Source: Octopus vulgaris (taxonomy: Eukaryota). From it: DNA of 64,000 nucleotides. Made by a program: the position numbers and the translations under genes. The stretch covers positions 44,516,001 to 44,580,000 of the forward strand of contig OX597828.1 in NCBI GenBank assembly GCA_951406725.2, given 5' to 3'. Numbering within the stretch: the stretch's first letter is position 1; every line of letters begins with the position of its first letter. The notes below the pieces were generated by a model. The model had not been told where the DNA came from and made no database searches. It worked only from the letters and a program-made list of their open reading frames with translations. Shown here piece after piece: positions 1-13,500 of the stretch.

Positions 1-408
1 ATTAAAAGTGAAAGAATAAAAGTGAAACAATATTCACTTTTGACACGTAATACCGAAGCGAGTCAAACGTCGAAAACGTAATACATTCCTTCGTTATCAC
101 AACAGAAAATATATATATACTACACTGTTTGGACTTAATTACTTTTTTTTTTTTTACCGCAGCAGACATTCTTCGGATCTTACTGTTTTATAACTTTTTA
201 AGGCTTAGTAAGAAGAGGAAGGAGAGTGGATCCGAGACTGATGGAGGAAAGGAAAGAAAGGTTTACCGTTATTTTATTTATTTTTTTTCTTTTTCTTTTC
301 AGCTTGCTGAAAAACTGTAAGTAAACATGCGAATGAAATGAAAATGAAATACAAGAGAGGTGGGAAAGTAAGAAATTGAAGTAATACTGTATTTTAGAAA
401 AAGTGCAG

Positions 409-829
409 GGATCTTTTCGGTTTGAACGGCAGTTTTTTTCTAGCGGTGTCATATGAAATTGTCACCCATAATTATGACCCTAGTATCGATCTATTGCATT
501 TCAATCTTATCTTAGGGTTAGGGGTGGGGGAAAGGGTATCTTTTTTTTCTTTACAAATGTAAATAAACCCAATCCGTTTCTTAAACGAGGGACATATTCA
601 TACGGCACAGAATGTTTTTTTTACTTCAATAGACGTCATTGATTGGTTGAAATTGCAGAAATTGAAGAAAAAACAACAACAAATATCTTACAAACTATAG
701 AATTTTCTCAATAAAGCCAAGAGAAAAAGATGTTTTATAAACACATTCTACCAGTATACGAAGTTTAGAAGTGTTTAGTTAGGTGGAAATTATTTAAAAA
801 AAAACTGCCCGTTCAAACCGAAAAGATCC
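409..829. mobile_element. MITE with GG-starting TIRs and 8-bp TSD (Merlin-like)
   Basis: TIR GGATCTTTTCGGTTTGAACGGCAGTTTTT at both ends; perfect TSD AAGTGCAG at 401-408 and 830-837. Confidence 0.85.
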
Positions 830-1008
830 AAGTGCAGAAACTAAAGAATATAATTTATATAACATGAAAACATGATGTATTGAAATAAAAAACATAACAT
901 TTATAAGATTGCAAAAATAACGATTACTGAATTAATTCCCTCATATGTGTTCGTGGAAGTAGGATATGAATAAAACATTGCTCGAACCTCATAGTCAGTG
1001 CGGTTTCC

Positions 1009-1416
1009 GGATCTTTTCGGTTTGAACGGCAGTTTTTAACATAATTTCTAGGTAACTAAAAAATTTTAAACTTCGTATACTGGTAGAATGTGTTTATAAA
1101 TCATCTTTTTCTCTTGGCTTTATTGAGAAAATTCTATAGTTTGTAACATATTTGTTGTTTATTTTTCTTCAATTTCTGCAATTTCAACCAATTACTGACG
1201 TGTATTGAGGTAAAAAAAAACATTCTGCGCCGTATGAATATGTCCCTCGTTTAAGAAACAGATTGGTTTATTTACATTTGTGAAGAAAAAAAAGATACCC
1301 TTCCCCCACCCCTAAAACAGATTGAAATGCAATAGATCAATACTAGGGTCATAATTATGGGTGACAATTTCATATGACACCGCTAGAAAAAACTGCCGTT
1401 CAAACCGAAAAGTTCC
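1009..1416. mobile_element. Second copy of the same MITE, opposite orientation
   Basis: Same TIRs; interior is the reverse complement of 409-829; degenerate TSD cggtttcc/cagtttct. Confidence 0.85.
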
Positions 1417-2775
1417 CAGTTTCTTTTTAACCAATGTTCATTTTTCAACTGAATGCGTTTGAATGATGACATTATTTGGGTTCAGGTGTAAAAATTCCTT
1501 TGCATAATCCGACATGCAGTACTTAATACATCGCTTGTTGCTAGAATAAACGTTGACACCTGTTGTCGCAACATGATTTAAAGAGTATTCAGGAAATAAA
1601 TAGAGAAGTTACCCTCAGTTCTTCTGTATTTTATATTGTCGTTTTTTGACTTTTTTACTTTCATTGTTTTTTTTTTCTCGCATTTCACTTTCAGTTTATT
1701 TTTTCTTTTACGTGCTAAAATAAGACGTAAAAGCAACGGCGACACATTGATAGCTTCAGACTGGTGATATCGGTTATATATAAGAACAGATTAGGTAACT
1801 TCAAACTTTTGTTAAAAATTAAAAAAACTAAAAAAAAAACTGAAACATTAGATTATAAAGTGAAATTAACCAAACAAGCATCGACGTAAACTGAAAATCT
1901 GTCGATGTGTGAAATAAGGTCAGGTTAAAATGAAAGTGAATATAATTGTAATACGGTAGCATTGATTAAGTAAATTCTAGTTAAAGACATCGTAAACATC
2001 GAAATGCATGTTTTTTTTTTAAAACTAATCAGCAAAACATTTGAACAAATTTTGTAAACAAACAATAAAATTCATTTCATTATAAGAAAAATTTTACATA
2101 TGTTCGAAATAATTATAACAATAATAAAATAATAATTAATTTTAATAATAAATATTTATGCATTAATATTCTAACATTTTACAAAAACATCACCACTTTT
2201 GTTTACAGAAATAAAAGTTTATACGAAATAAACAAAGTCTATATTTGTAAACACATCCGCCACTGAGCGAAATTACGAATCAAATACAGGAAATGTATTA
2301 AAAAATCGATAACAATATTCTCTGATTTATATTTTTCAGTCTTATTTTTGTTGAAATATTCCAAAAATCCAAGTAAAACAAGCTCAAATTTACCAAGAAT
2401 TCTTTATAAAAACATTTCCGAATGTGATACGAATCTGTTAAAGCTAGGCTCTTGCTACTCGCAATGGCGTCAGGTGGGTATCAAAGTCGCTCGCGAGCAT
2501 TCACCCCTGTTTATGATGTGATTTCTCCACAGACTGGCGCCAATTTCAGGTGATTATTTATGCCATGCCTTTAATCTATCTTTACAATTTACTTGTGGAT
2601 TGATTTTTTAAAATCTGTCTTTGATTTTTTTTTTTTTTGTTATCCCAAACAATGTTGTTACACGTTCGTTGTTTTCTGGTTTGTTTTGTTCCATTCTTCC
2701 TCCACAGTCATCTCGTCTGTTAAAATTTAGGTCTTTGGCAAAACATCAAGACCTGGACACACACACACGTACTTG

Positions 2776-2825
<50 letters not shown>

Positions 2826-2911
2826 GGTGTATGTATATGTAAACACAAACATACAGCTTATTAGCATGAGCAAAATGTTCCTTTGGTGTGTGTGTGTGTA
2901 TATATGTATAT

Positions 2912-3347
2912 ATTCTTTTACTCTTTTATACTTGTTTCAGTCATTTGACTGCGGCCATGCTGCAGCACCGCCTTTAATCGAGCAACTCGACCCCGGGACT
3001 TATTCTTTTTGTAAGCCCAGTACTTATTCTATCGGTCTCTTTTGCCGAACCGCTAAGTGACGGGGACATAAACACTCCAGCATCGGTTGTCAAGCAATGC
3101 TAGGGGGACAAGCACAGACACACAAACATACACGCACACACACACACACACACACATGTATATATATATATACATACATATATACGACGGGCTTCTTTCA
3201 GTTTCCGTCTACCAAATCCACTCACAAGGCTTCGGTCGGCCCGAGGCTATAGTAGAAGACACTTGCCCAAGGTGCCACGCAGTGGGACTGAACTAGGAAC
3301 CATGTGGTTGGTAAGCAAGCTACTTACCACACAGCCACTCCTGCACC
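2912..3347 (-). mobile_element. tRNA-derived SINE family A (internal TA/TG microsatellite, GTAAAAGA-type tail)
   Basis: Near-identical copies at about 5271-5710(+), 24937-25290(+), 33431-33840(+), 41305-41700(-), 44312-44720(-), 49401-49806(+), 61848-62260(+); head has A/B-box-like TGGCTGTGTGG and GGTTCAGTCCC. Confidence 0.8.
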
Positions 3348-3349
3348 TT

Positions 3350-5240
3350 GTCTTATCTACAATTTCCATTTGATTTTTATTTTAATGTTGATGTACTTGA
3401 CTCAACAGGTCTCCTCAAGCACAGCAGGTTGCCTTACGATCCAAGGTTAGCACAGCAGGCCATCCTGTGAGCCATGAACTCACTTCATTTGTCGGGCCTT
3501 CACAGTCACAGCATATCTCAGGGGTCTCGGTCTTCATCATTTCCTCTGTGAGGCCCTACGTGCCACTGGCACGGGTATCACAACTACAAAATCCATACGA
3601 TTTTTATTTTGATGTTGATGAACTTGACACAATAGGTCTCCTCAAGAGCAGCAGGCCGTCCTGCAAGCCATGAACTCACTTCATTTGTTGGGTCTTCGAA
3701 GTCACAGCATATCTCCAGAGGTCTTGGTCTTTCGTCATAGCCTCTCTGAGGCTCAATGTACGAAGGTCATGCTTGACCACCTCATCCGATGTCTTCCTGG
3801 GTCTACCTCTACCCCAGATTCCTTCAACAGTTTGGGAGTAGCACTTCTTCACACATCTCTCCTCATCCATCCGTAGTACATGACCATACCAACGCAATCG
3901 TTTCTCCTGCACGCTGCATCCGATGCTTCTTATGCCCAACATTTCTCTCAGGGCGCTTACACTCTGTTGTGCATGGACATTGACATTACACATCCAGCGG
4001 ATCATGCTAGCTTCATTTCTTTCAAGTCTACGCATGTCCTCCGCAGTCACAGCCCATGTTTCACTGCCGTGAAGCATGGCAGTTCGCACACATGCGTTGT
4101 ACAATCTACCTTTTACTCTGAGTAAGAGACCCTTTGTCGCCAGTAGGGGAAGAAGCATCCTAAACTTTGCCAAGGCTATTCTTATTCTAGTGGTAGCACT
4201 CTCTGAGCATCCACCCCAGCTACTAACTTGGTTACCTAGGTAGCAGAAACTATCAGCTACTTCTAGTTTCTTCCCCAGGAGTGTAATGGAATCTGTTTTC
4301 TGAGTATCAATGGTGTTTATTGCTCCTCTGCATCTGCTGTGATGAGTTTGCCTTCCTACTTACTAGAACTTTGGTCTTTGCTACATTGACTCTAAGGCCT
4401 TTTTATTCTAAACCTAGCTTCCACACACAAAATTTCTTCTCTAGTTCCGTTAGTGATTCTGCTACGAGGGCTAGGTCATCAGCGTAGAGGAGCTCTCAGG
4501 GACAACCTGTCTTAAATTCCTCTGTTATTGCCTGAAGGACTATGATGAATTGAAGGGGACTGAGGGATGAGCCTTGGTGGATGCCAACTTCTACCCGGAA
4601 TTCTTCACTGTACTCATTGCCAATCCTAACCTTACTAACAGCCTCTCTGTAAAGGGCCTGTACAATCTCCAGTTTCTGCATTGCCCACCAGATAAGGGAT
4701 CGGGGGACTCTGTCAAAGGCTTTCTCCAAGTCCACAAAAACTATGTAGAGGGGTTTATCTTTGGCTAGGTATTTCCCCTGCAGTTGTCGAACCATGAATA
4801 TGGCATCAATGGTGCTTCTACCAGGCACAAAACCGAACTGCATCTCATCTAAGCAGACTCTCTCCCTGATGAGATGGGCTATGACCCTCTCTGTGACCTT
4901 CATTACCTGATCCAGCAGTTTGATACCCCTGTAGTTATTTCTATCTAGAGCATCACCTTTACCCTTGTAGCAGTTGACTATGGTACTGCTACGCCAGTCA
5001 TTGGGTATGACTCCATCATGAACTACCTGGTTTACAATGCGGGTGACTAGGCTGTAGCCCACACCACCAGATGTTTTAAGCTTCTCAGCAGTGATTCCTG
5101 ATGGGCCGGGGGCTTTTCCTGGCTTCATACCCTTAATTTCTAATTGTCTTATCTACTAGGGAGCTATCTATACGGATAGCTGGTCCTTCTACCGGGTCAA
5201 CATTTGGCAGGCTCTCCTCCTCCCATTCATTCTCCATATG
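3350..5240 (-). mobile_element. Degenerate RTE-clade LINE fragment (reverse transcriptase plus C-terminus)
   Basis: ORF 4496-5128 (KAPGPSG, YKGKGD, NYRGI, QFGF, DLEKAFD, QGS), LYADDL at about 4471-4488, ORF 3676-4173 ([17 protein letters not shown]); stops and deletions present. Confidence 0.92.
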
Positions 5241-6171
5241 TATATGTATATATACGCAGGAGTGGCTGTGTGGTAAGTAGCTTGCTAACCAACCACATGG
5301 TTCCGGGTTCAGTCTCACTATATACGCAGGAGTGGCTGTGTGGTAAGTAGCTTGCTAACCAACCACATGGTTCCGGGTTCAGTCTCACTGCGTGGCATCT
5401 TGGGCAAGTGTCTTCTGCTATAGCCCCGGGCCGACCAATGCCTTGTGAGTGGATTTGGTAGACGGAAACTGAAAGAAACCTGTCGTATATATGTATATAT
5501 ATATATGTGTCTGTGTGTGTGTTTGTCCCCCTAGCATTGCTTGACAACCGATGCTGGTGTGCTTACGTCCCCGTCACTTAGCGGTTCAGCAAAAGAGACT
5601 GATAGAATAAGTACTGGGCTTACAAGGAATAAGTCCCGGAGTTGATTTGCTCGACTAAAGGCGGTGCTCCAGCATGGCCGCAGTCAAATGACTGAAACAA
5701 GTAAAAGAGGTATATGTACGTGCGTGTGTGTGCATATACATGCATGTATATATCTATATACATGGTTACATTAAACAGTTCTCTTTGCAATCATAATGTC
5801 CCAGGTTTGATCTCATTGTCTCGTCGTCTTAGCCTTTGGGGCAACTTAAACCTTATGTGTAAAATTAGGGGAAAAGAAGCAGGAGAAGGCCGTTGAATGG
5901 ATTGTACCTGAAGTTCAACCTCATTACACAATGTGCCATCCTGATTCTGCCCAAGAATTACATTAAAGGATTAATGGTACATGTTTCTTTGGAATATTCA
6001 TTCTTACGCTCCATCTCTCTCTTTCTGTTTATATATGTAACTTAGTGGTTTGGCAAAAGAGACTGATAGAATAAGTACTAGGCTTACAAAGAATAAGTCC
6101 TGGGGTCGATTTGTTCAACTAAAGACGGTGCTCCAGCATGGCTGCAGTCAAATAACAAACAAATAAAAGAA

Positions 6172-6213
<42 letters not shown>

Positions 6214-6720
6214 TGCAGGAGTGGTTGTGTGGTAAGAAGCTTGCTTCCCAGCTGCATGGTTCCAGGTTCAGTCCCACTGTGTGACACCTTGTGCAAGTGT
6301 CTTCTACTATAACCTTGGGTCGACCAAAGCCTTGTGAGTGGATTTGGTAGACAGAAACTGAAAGAAGCAAGGCTTTTGCAGATGCAAAACCAGTAGTCCA
6401 CTATGACGAGGCATAAACTTAATTACTTTCAATATATATTTATATATAAGAAATAATTTAGATATATGTAGGCTATGTTATGTGAACAAAAATATTTTAC
6501 AAACAAAAGTGTTTAATATTTAATTTCATTTCCATGTTTATGTATCTGTGCGTACGAGTATGAAACTGATAAACTAAATATCGTTTACAGTAAAAATTTG
6601 CAGTTTTGATGTAACTACCAGCGTCTGTAGAGTAAAACTTTTGAAAGCTATCTGCCTGCTTTACTGCCTCTGACTGTCACTCACTCTCTATTTGTTGTTT
6701 TACTCTTTTTTCCCCTCTAG

Positions 6721-6756
6721 TGTGACCGACAGGACACACATTATGTTTCATTACAT
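6721..6756 (+). CDS. YTHDC2: Candidate upstream 36-nt exon of YTHDC2 with in-frame ATG at 6743
   Basis: Polypyrimidine tract plus ctag| acceptor, AT|gtaagg donor. ATG TTT CAT TAC AT ends in phase 2, matching the exon at 7398. No homology support. Confidence 0.4.
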
Positions 6757-7109
6757 GTAAGGTTACAGCTGTTGCTGACTTGACATGATGGGCTTCCATG
6801 CCGGTGGCACTTAAAAAGCACCCACTGATCGTGGCTGTTGCCAGCCTCCTCTGGCCCCTGTGTTGATGGCACGTAAAAGGCACTCACTACACTCACGGAG
6901 TGGTTGGCGTTAGGAAGGGCATCCAGCTGTAGAAACACTGCCAGATCAGACTGGAGCCTGGTGCAGCCTCCTGGCTTCCCAGACCCTGGTCGAACCATCC
7001 AACCCATGCTAGCATGGAAAACGAACATTAAATGATGATGATGATGATATCATGGCGGCTACTTCCCGAGCTGCCGCGCTTCGTTTTTAAACGTGTGTCG
7101 TCGGTATAA

Positions 7110-7340
7110 GGCGGCGAGCTGGCAGAAACGTTAGCACACCAGGCGAAATGCTTAGCGGTATTTCGTCTACCGCTACGTTGTGAGTTCAAATTCCGCCGAG
7201 GTCGACTTTGCCTTTCATCCTTTCGGGGTCGATAAATTAAGTACCAGTTACGCACTGGGGTCGATGTAATCGACTTAATACCTATGTCTGTCCTTGTTTG
7301 TCCCCTCTATATTTAGCCCCTTGTGGGTAATAAAGAAATA
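7110..7340 (+). mobile_element. tRNA-derived SINE family B (GGCGGCGAGCTGGCAGAAACGTTAGC...GCCTTTCATCCTTTCGGGGTCGATAAATTAAGTACCAG...AAGAAATA)
   Basis: Repeated at about 11379-11610, 18519-18748, 25709-25940, 47812-48041, 50410-50640(-), 53718-54540, 57401-57615; B-box-like GAGTTCAAATTC. Confidence 0.8.
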
Positions 7341-7397
7341 GATATCATATGTATGAAAATCCTTTTACTTGTCTCTGTTTTTCTCCGCCACCACCAG

Positions 7398-7585
7398 AAA
7401 TGGATCTTCACACAACAATACCTCACCACATTATTACAAGGGTGTCAAGAACGGCCTCCCTACAGGCATTGGCAGGAACAGTAACCATGGACCACGACCC
7501 GGACAGGCTATCTGTATTGGGGAAGAAGTGAAAATTGCAGTTCATATGGCAATCGATAACTTCCGCAGTAATGAATGCCAGAAAG
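7398..7585 (+). CDS. YTHDC2: YTHDC2 exon (N-terminus, start of R3H region)
   Basis: ...[25 protein letters not shown]; cag| acceptor, |gtgag donor. Confidence 0.88.
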
Positions 7586-10500
7586 GTGAGTTTCCAACAT
7601 TCTTATTTTCTCTTTTGTCTTTTACTCGTTGCAGCCATTTGTAGACAGCACTTAACCAACGTACCATGGAGTGGGACTGAACCTGGAATTGTTTGGTTGG
7701 GAGGTTGACTTGTTGCTACATCTCTTTTAAGAGTAACATCATCCAGAGTAATAATAAGTCTTTCCACTTGAACTTCTGCCTTGAAGAATTTTTTTTTTTT
7801 TAGTCGAAGGAACTGGTTCCAATACTTGCTTTTTTATCTTTCCAGGCCTGGTCCTTATTCTGTCAGTCTCTTTTGCTAAACTGCTAAGTTATGGGCATGT
7901 AAACACACCAACATTGGCCATCAAGTATCAATGGAGGACAAACACTGACACAAAGACACACACACACACACACACATGTATGATGGACTGCTTTCAATTT
8001 CCTCCTACCAAATCCACACGGCTTTGGTTGGCTTGAGGCTGTAGTACAAGACACTTGTCCAAGATGACACGCAGTCAGACTGAACCTGGAACCATGTGGT
8101 TAGGAAACAAACTTCTTACTGCACCACATTTAAGAGAAACACCATCCATCATTCTGCCTGAATAATAATTTTTCCTGCTATAGGCACAAAGCCTGAAATT
8201 TTGGCGGGGTGCGGGACTTGTTGATTAGGTGGATCAAGTCTGATTTGGTATGATTTCTACTGCTGGATGCCCTCCCTATCGCCAACCACTTTGTAAGTGT
8301 GCAACGGGTGCATTCACATGGGTGCCAGCTGCATGATACCAGTATCTGTCATGATGACTATGATTTCATTTGGCTTGTTAGGGCTTCTTCTCATGCATGG
8401 CATATTGCCAAGGGCCTCAGGCTTTTGTCATTTCCTCCATGAGGACCAACGCTCAAAATGTGCTTTTACATGCCACTTGCACAGGTGCTTGTTATGCAGC
8501 ACCAGCATCGGTCACCAAAATCGGGAATTCTTCACGGGATCTCTGTGTTGCTGTAGATTACAGAATTCTGTACTGCAACATCATTTTCAGTTCATGTTCT
8601 GTTGTTTCATCACTCGGTTTAATCAACTGCTTCGTCTTAAACGTGTTTGAACCAGTTTGAAATGTTACTGGTTTTTTTTATTTTTAGAGTTGGAGTTTCC
8701 TTCTTCCTTGAATGCTTCAGAGAGGGCTTATATACATCGGCTTGCTGAAAGTCTTGGACTGAAATCTAAAAGTCGAGGGTAAGTAAAATTTTTCCCTTTC
8801 AGCATTCATTTGTTTCAGTGGCAATGTACGTGTGTGTGTGTGTGTGTATAATATTTATATATATATATATATAAAAGCACCATCCGAATCGTGGCCGAAG
8901 CCAGTGCTGCTTCGACTGGCTTCCATGCCGGTGGCACGTAAAATGCACCAATCCGACCGTGGCCATTGCCAGCCTCGCCTAGCACCTGTGCGGGTGGCAC
9001 GTAAAAAGCATCCACTACACTCACGGAGTGGTTGGCGTTAGGAAGGGCATCCAGCTGTAGAAACATTGCCAGATAAGACTGGAGCCTGGTGCAGCCTTCT
9101 GGCTTCCCAGATCCCCGGTCGAACCGTCCAACCCATGATAGCATGGAGAACGGGCGTTAAACGATGATGATGATGATATATATATATATATATATATATA
9201 CATACATATAGTTCATAGATGACAATTAGATATTCTCTGTATGGAATACACTTACTAAGTGTATATATATATATCAGAGGCAACTCCAGGTCTTCTGCAT
9301 TACTTGGGCTCATCACAGATTTCGCCTAAGACACATGCCTGCTCGAAGAATTTCATGTTTTACTGCAATATTTCTAGCCCTAAATGGCTTATTTATCTAT
9401 ATCTAGCACTATGTCTTTCTCCATTTCTTAGTTAAGGGTAAAAAAAAAAGTAACCTTGCAAGACGTAATTGATCTTTACATACAGACACACAGAATAATA
9501 GCAAACAAATAACGACAGTGGAGTGCAAACAAATATTAGCGATCTGACTGTCGCCTGTACTCTTGACAAGAGATGCCAATAAGTTTTTAACTCTTATCCG
9601 GCTCGTTCGTATTAGCCTGAGTTGCTGGATAATTTTTTGTTCCTTTAACAATATTGTAGAAAAGAAACTTTTCATAGATTGCTATTTAAATTCTAATCAT
9701 CGTTTAACGTCCGCTTTCCATGCTGGCATGGGTTGGATGATTTGACTGAGGTCTGGCGAACCAGATGGCTGCACCAGACTCCAATCTGATCTCGCAGGGT
9801 TTCTACAGCTGGATGCCCTTCCTAACGCCAACCACTCCAAGAGTGTAGTGGGTGCTTTTGCGTGCCACCAGCACGAGCACAAGTCAGGTAGTACTGACAA
9901 CGACCTCGCTTGAATGTTTTTTCATGTGCCACCGGCACAAATGCCAGTAAGGTGATGCAGGCAACGATCACGCTCAAAGGGTGCTTTTTACGTGCCATCA
10001 GCACGGAGGCCAGCTTGTTGCTCTGGCTACAATCATGCTCATATGGTACTCTTAGCTCTCCACTAGCACGGATGCCAGTCATCGAACTTGATTTCGATTT
10101 CCTCAACAGGTCTTCGCAAGCAGAGTTTAGTGTCCAATGAAGGAAAGGTATGCATAAATCCTAATCTCTATAGAAATTTCTTGTTTCAAGAAAACATTGA
10201 ATTTGAATTACTTTTAACTTATACGATTATAGATAACAACTCAGGCTGTAACTTCTGAGCCCAAGTCAGGTGCATGTGAACGATGTCGAGAGAACGTATG
10301 CTACAAATATTTTCTGACACCAGGCACTTCTAAGACACCGGCAATTGCTGAACGAAAATAAATGAACTGTGACGAGGTTCAATAAAAGGAGCCCTAGTTA
10401 TTGGCTGAAATTACATATTTGAAGTCAGTGTTGGTAGAAATTAGATCAGCTTGCAAATACACGTTCACTTCATTAAATTTATACTTGGGCTAAGCCCAAA

Positions 10501-13500
10501 CAGCCCAAGTGCCAGAGTTGCCACTGATACACACACACACATATAAAGGAGTGGTTGGCATTAGGAAGGGCATCCAGCCATAGAAACATTGCCAGATCAA
10601 ACTGGGCCTGGTGCAGCCTTCTGGCTTCCCAGACCCCAGTTGAACTGTCCAACCCATGCTAGCATGGAAAGCGGACGCTAAACGATGATGATAATACACA
10701 CATATATAGTGGTGCTCCAGCATGACTACAGCCACGTGGCTGAAATGAATAAAAGAATAAAAGTCAAGAGTACACACACATATGATGAAGCTGGCATGGT
10801 TGTGTGGTTTAGTAGTTGGCTTCCCAATCACATTGTTTTGGGTTCAAGCCCCTTGTGTGGTGCCTATTTTATTTGTTTTTTTTGTTTTTTTTCCAGGAAA
10901 AATTCAAATCGGTTCCTTACCGTTACTAAGAAGAACAACAATGTCACACAACGCCAAGTTGCCACTTTCAACCTGGAAAAGAACTCAAGACAGCACATAA
11001 GAACCCTAATGCAAAGATATCCCCTCACAAACAAAGAACGGCAAGATTTATTTCCCAAGCCTGAGAAATCCTTGGGTGATGGTAAGTAGCTACTAATTCT
11101 TCGTTACTTTACTTTATTACTCAGCTAATTAGCGCCTCTTTGCTGTTATTTTTTTTTCATTTCTCTTAACACCAACCCATCATGAAACTTACCTAGTACT
11201 ACAATCTTTAAACAAAAGACCAAGAATTGGTAATAATACCATCTGCACATTCGTGACTGAGTGGTTGTGTAATTCATTTCTCAACCATGTGGTCCGGAGT
11301 TCAGTTCCACTGCACTGCAACTTAGACAATGGGACTGGACCCAAAACAATGTGATTGGGAAGCCAACTTCTAAACCACGGCGAGCGAGCTGGCAGAAACA
11401 TTAGTGCGCCGGGCGAATTGCTTAGCGGTATTTCGTCTGTCGTTACATTCTGAGTTCAAATTCCGCCAAGGTCGACTTTGCCTTTCATCCTTTCGGGGTC
11501 GATAAATTAAGTACCAGTTACGCACTGTGGTTGATGTAATCGACTTAATCCGTTTGTCTGTCCTTGTTTGTCCCTTCTCTGTTTAGCCCCTTGTGGGTAG
11601 TGAAGAAATAGGTTGTGAAATTCATTTCTCAACCATGTGGTCCGGAGTTCAGTTCCACTGCACAGCAACTTAGACTATGGGACTGAACCCAAAACAATGT
11701 GATTGGGAAGCCAACTTCTAAACCACCCAACCATGCCAGCCTCATCATAACTAGCTGGCGGAATTGTTATCATGCTGAGCAAGATGTTTAGCTGTATTGT
11801 GTCTGTCTTCACATTCTGAGTTCAAATTCTGCTTAGGTCAGCTTTGAATCTCATCCCTTCGGGGTTGATAGAATAAATACCAATTAAACACTGAGGTTGA
11901 TGCAATCGACTCACCCCATCCCCCAAAATTGCTGGCCTTGTGCCAAAATTTGAAATCATTATCATTATTATTATTATTATTTGGCGAGCTGACAGAATCA
12001 TTTGTCTTCGTGTTCTCAGTTCAAATTCCACCAAGGTCGACTTTGCCTTTCATCTTTTCAGGGTCGATAAATTAAGTACCAGTCAAGTACTAGGTCCGAT
12101 GTGATCAACTTACCCAAAAATTTCAAGCCTTGTGCTAACAGTAAAAAGGATTATTATTATTATTATTTTTGAGTGAGAGAGCAGTTCATGCCATCAAAGT
12201 GACACTGGGGTAAAATATACGAAGCCCAGTATACCCATCATGGCTACCCGTCTGATAAGGGTACACCAGGCACATGCATCACAACCATATGTGCACGACA
12301 TGGTGATCTCATCAAGATAAACAGCACATGACCTTGCAGGTGGGGCCCAGTTAAAATTTTCTTCTGGTCGAGTAACCCATCCCACTCAAACGGTCCCTGA
12401 ATAAGGGTTGTTTAAGGATGTTGAACGAAACACCCATGTTTTCAGTGGTGAGTTATTCAAACCCCAAAGAATCCTTCTCAACACATGGCTATGATGCTCC
12501 CCCACTACTTCTGCTCATGATCAGAGATGCACATATCGTCAGCCACTTAGGGACATGCTCATATTATCATTATTATTATTATTATCATTACTATTATTAT
12601 TATTATGATTGTTCTTCTTGTTCTCCAGGCAGAGACATCATGAAAACTTCAGTTGGTCGCCTCAGTAACGGCGTGCCACAGGTTCCTCCTAAAAGTGGAG
12701 AATCTACAGTGTCAGGACTTCGCGAGACGTTACCCATCTACCAACATTCTGATGAAATTCTACAAGCACTGGACAGCCACCAGGTTGTGTTAGTAACGGG
12801 TGAAACTGGTTCTGGAAAAACCACCCAGGTTAGATGATATTTTTATGTATGGAGGGGTACTGCCAAGTTCCAGGCTTTGGGTAAAAGGAAATACAGGTGG
12901 ATCAATTAATTACGATTTTATTCAACATATTCCCCTGATTCACACACTTATTGCAGCGGTCCTTCAGTTTTTCTAAGCCCTGTAAAAGAACTCAGAATGT
13001 TAGGCCTCCAATCAGGCCTTTTGTGATACCCTTTAAGCCATGAACTTTTCGGCATCCCCTTGTGTATATCATCATCATCATCATCAGCATCATCGTTTAA
13101 CGTCCGTTTTCCGCGCTAGCATGGGTTGGACGGTTTCGACCAGGGTCTGGGGAGCCAGGGGCTGCCCCAGGCTCCAGTCTGGTCTGGCAGTGTTTCTACA
13201 GCTAGATGCCCTTCTTAACGCCAACCACTCCGCAAGTGTAGTGGGTGCTTTTTACGTGCCACCTGCACAGGTGCCAGAGGGGTCTGGCATCGGCCACGGT
13301 CAGTTGGTGCTTTTTATGTGCCACCTGCACAGAAGCCAGTCGGGGCGGTGCTGGCATCGGCCACGTTCGGATGGTACTTTTTATGTGGGGGGGTGCAGAA
13401 ATATAGGGGAGCACCAGTGGGGAGGGGTGTTCGGAGAAACGATGACAGGTTCTAGACAAGTAGAACGTAGGATATCACGAGAGGGGTAATGCATGGTGAA

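Noticed and set aside
6400-6620. ATGACGAG...GAAAC possible hammerhead or Penelope remnant
   Set aside because: The core is non-canonical and I could not build consistent stems.
13040-13489. Recurring short ORFs with [12 protein letters not shown] or [11 protein letters not shown] peptides
   Set aside because: Chance reading frames of the RTE tail and SINE A, not a protein family.
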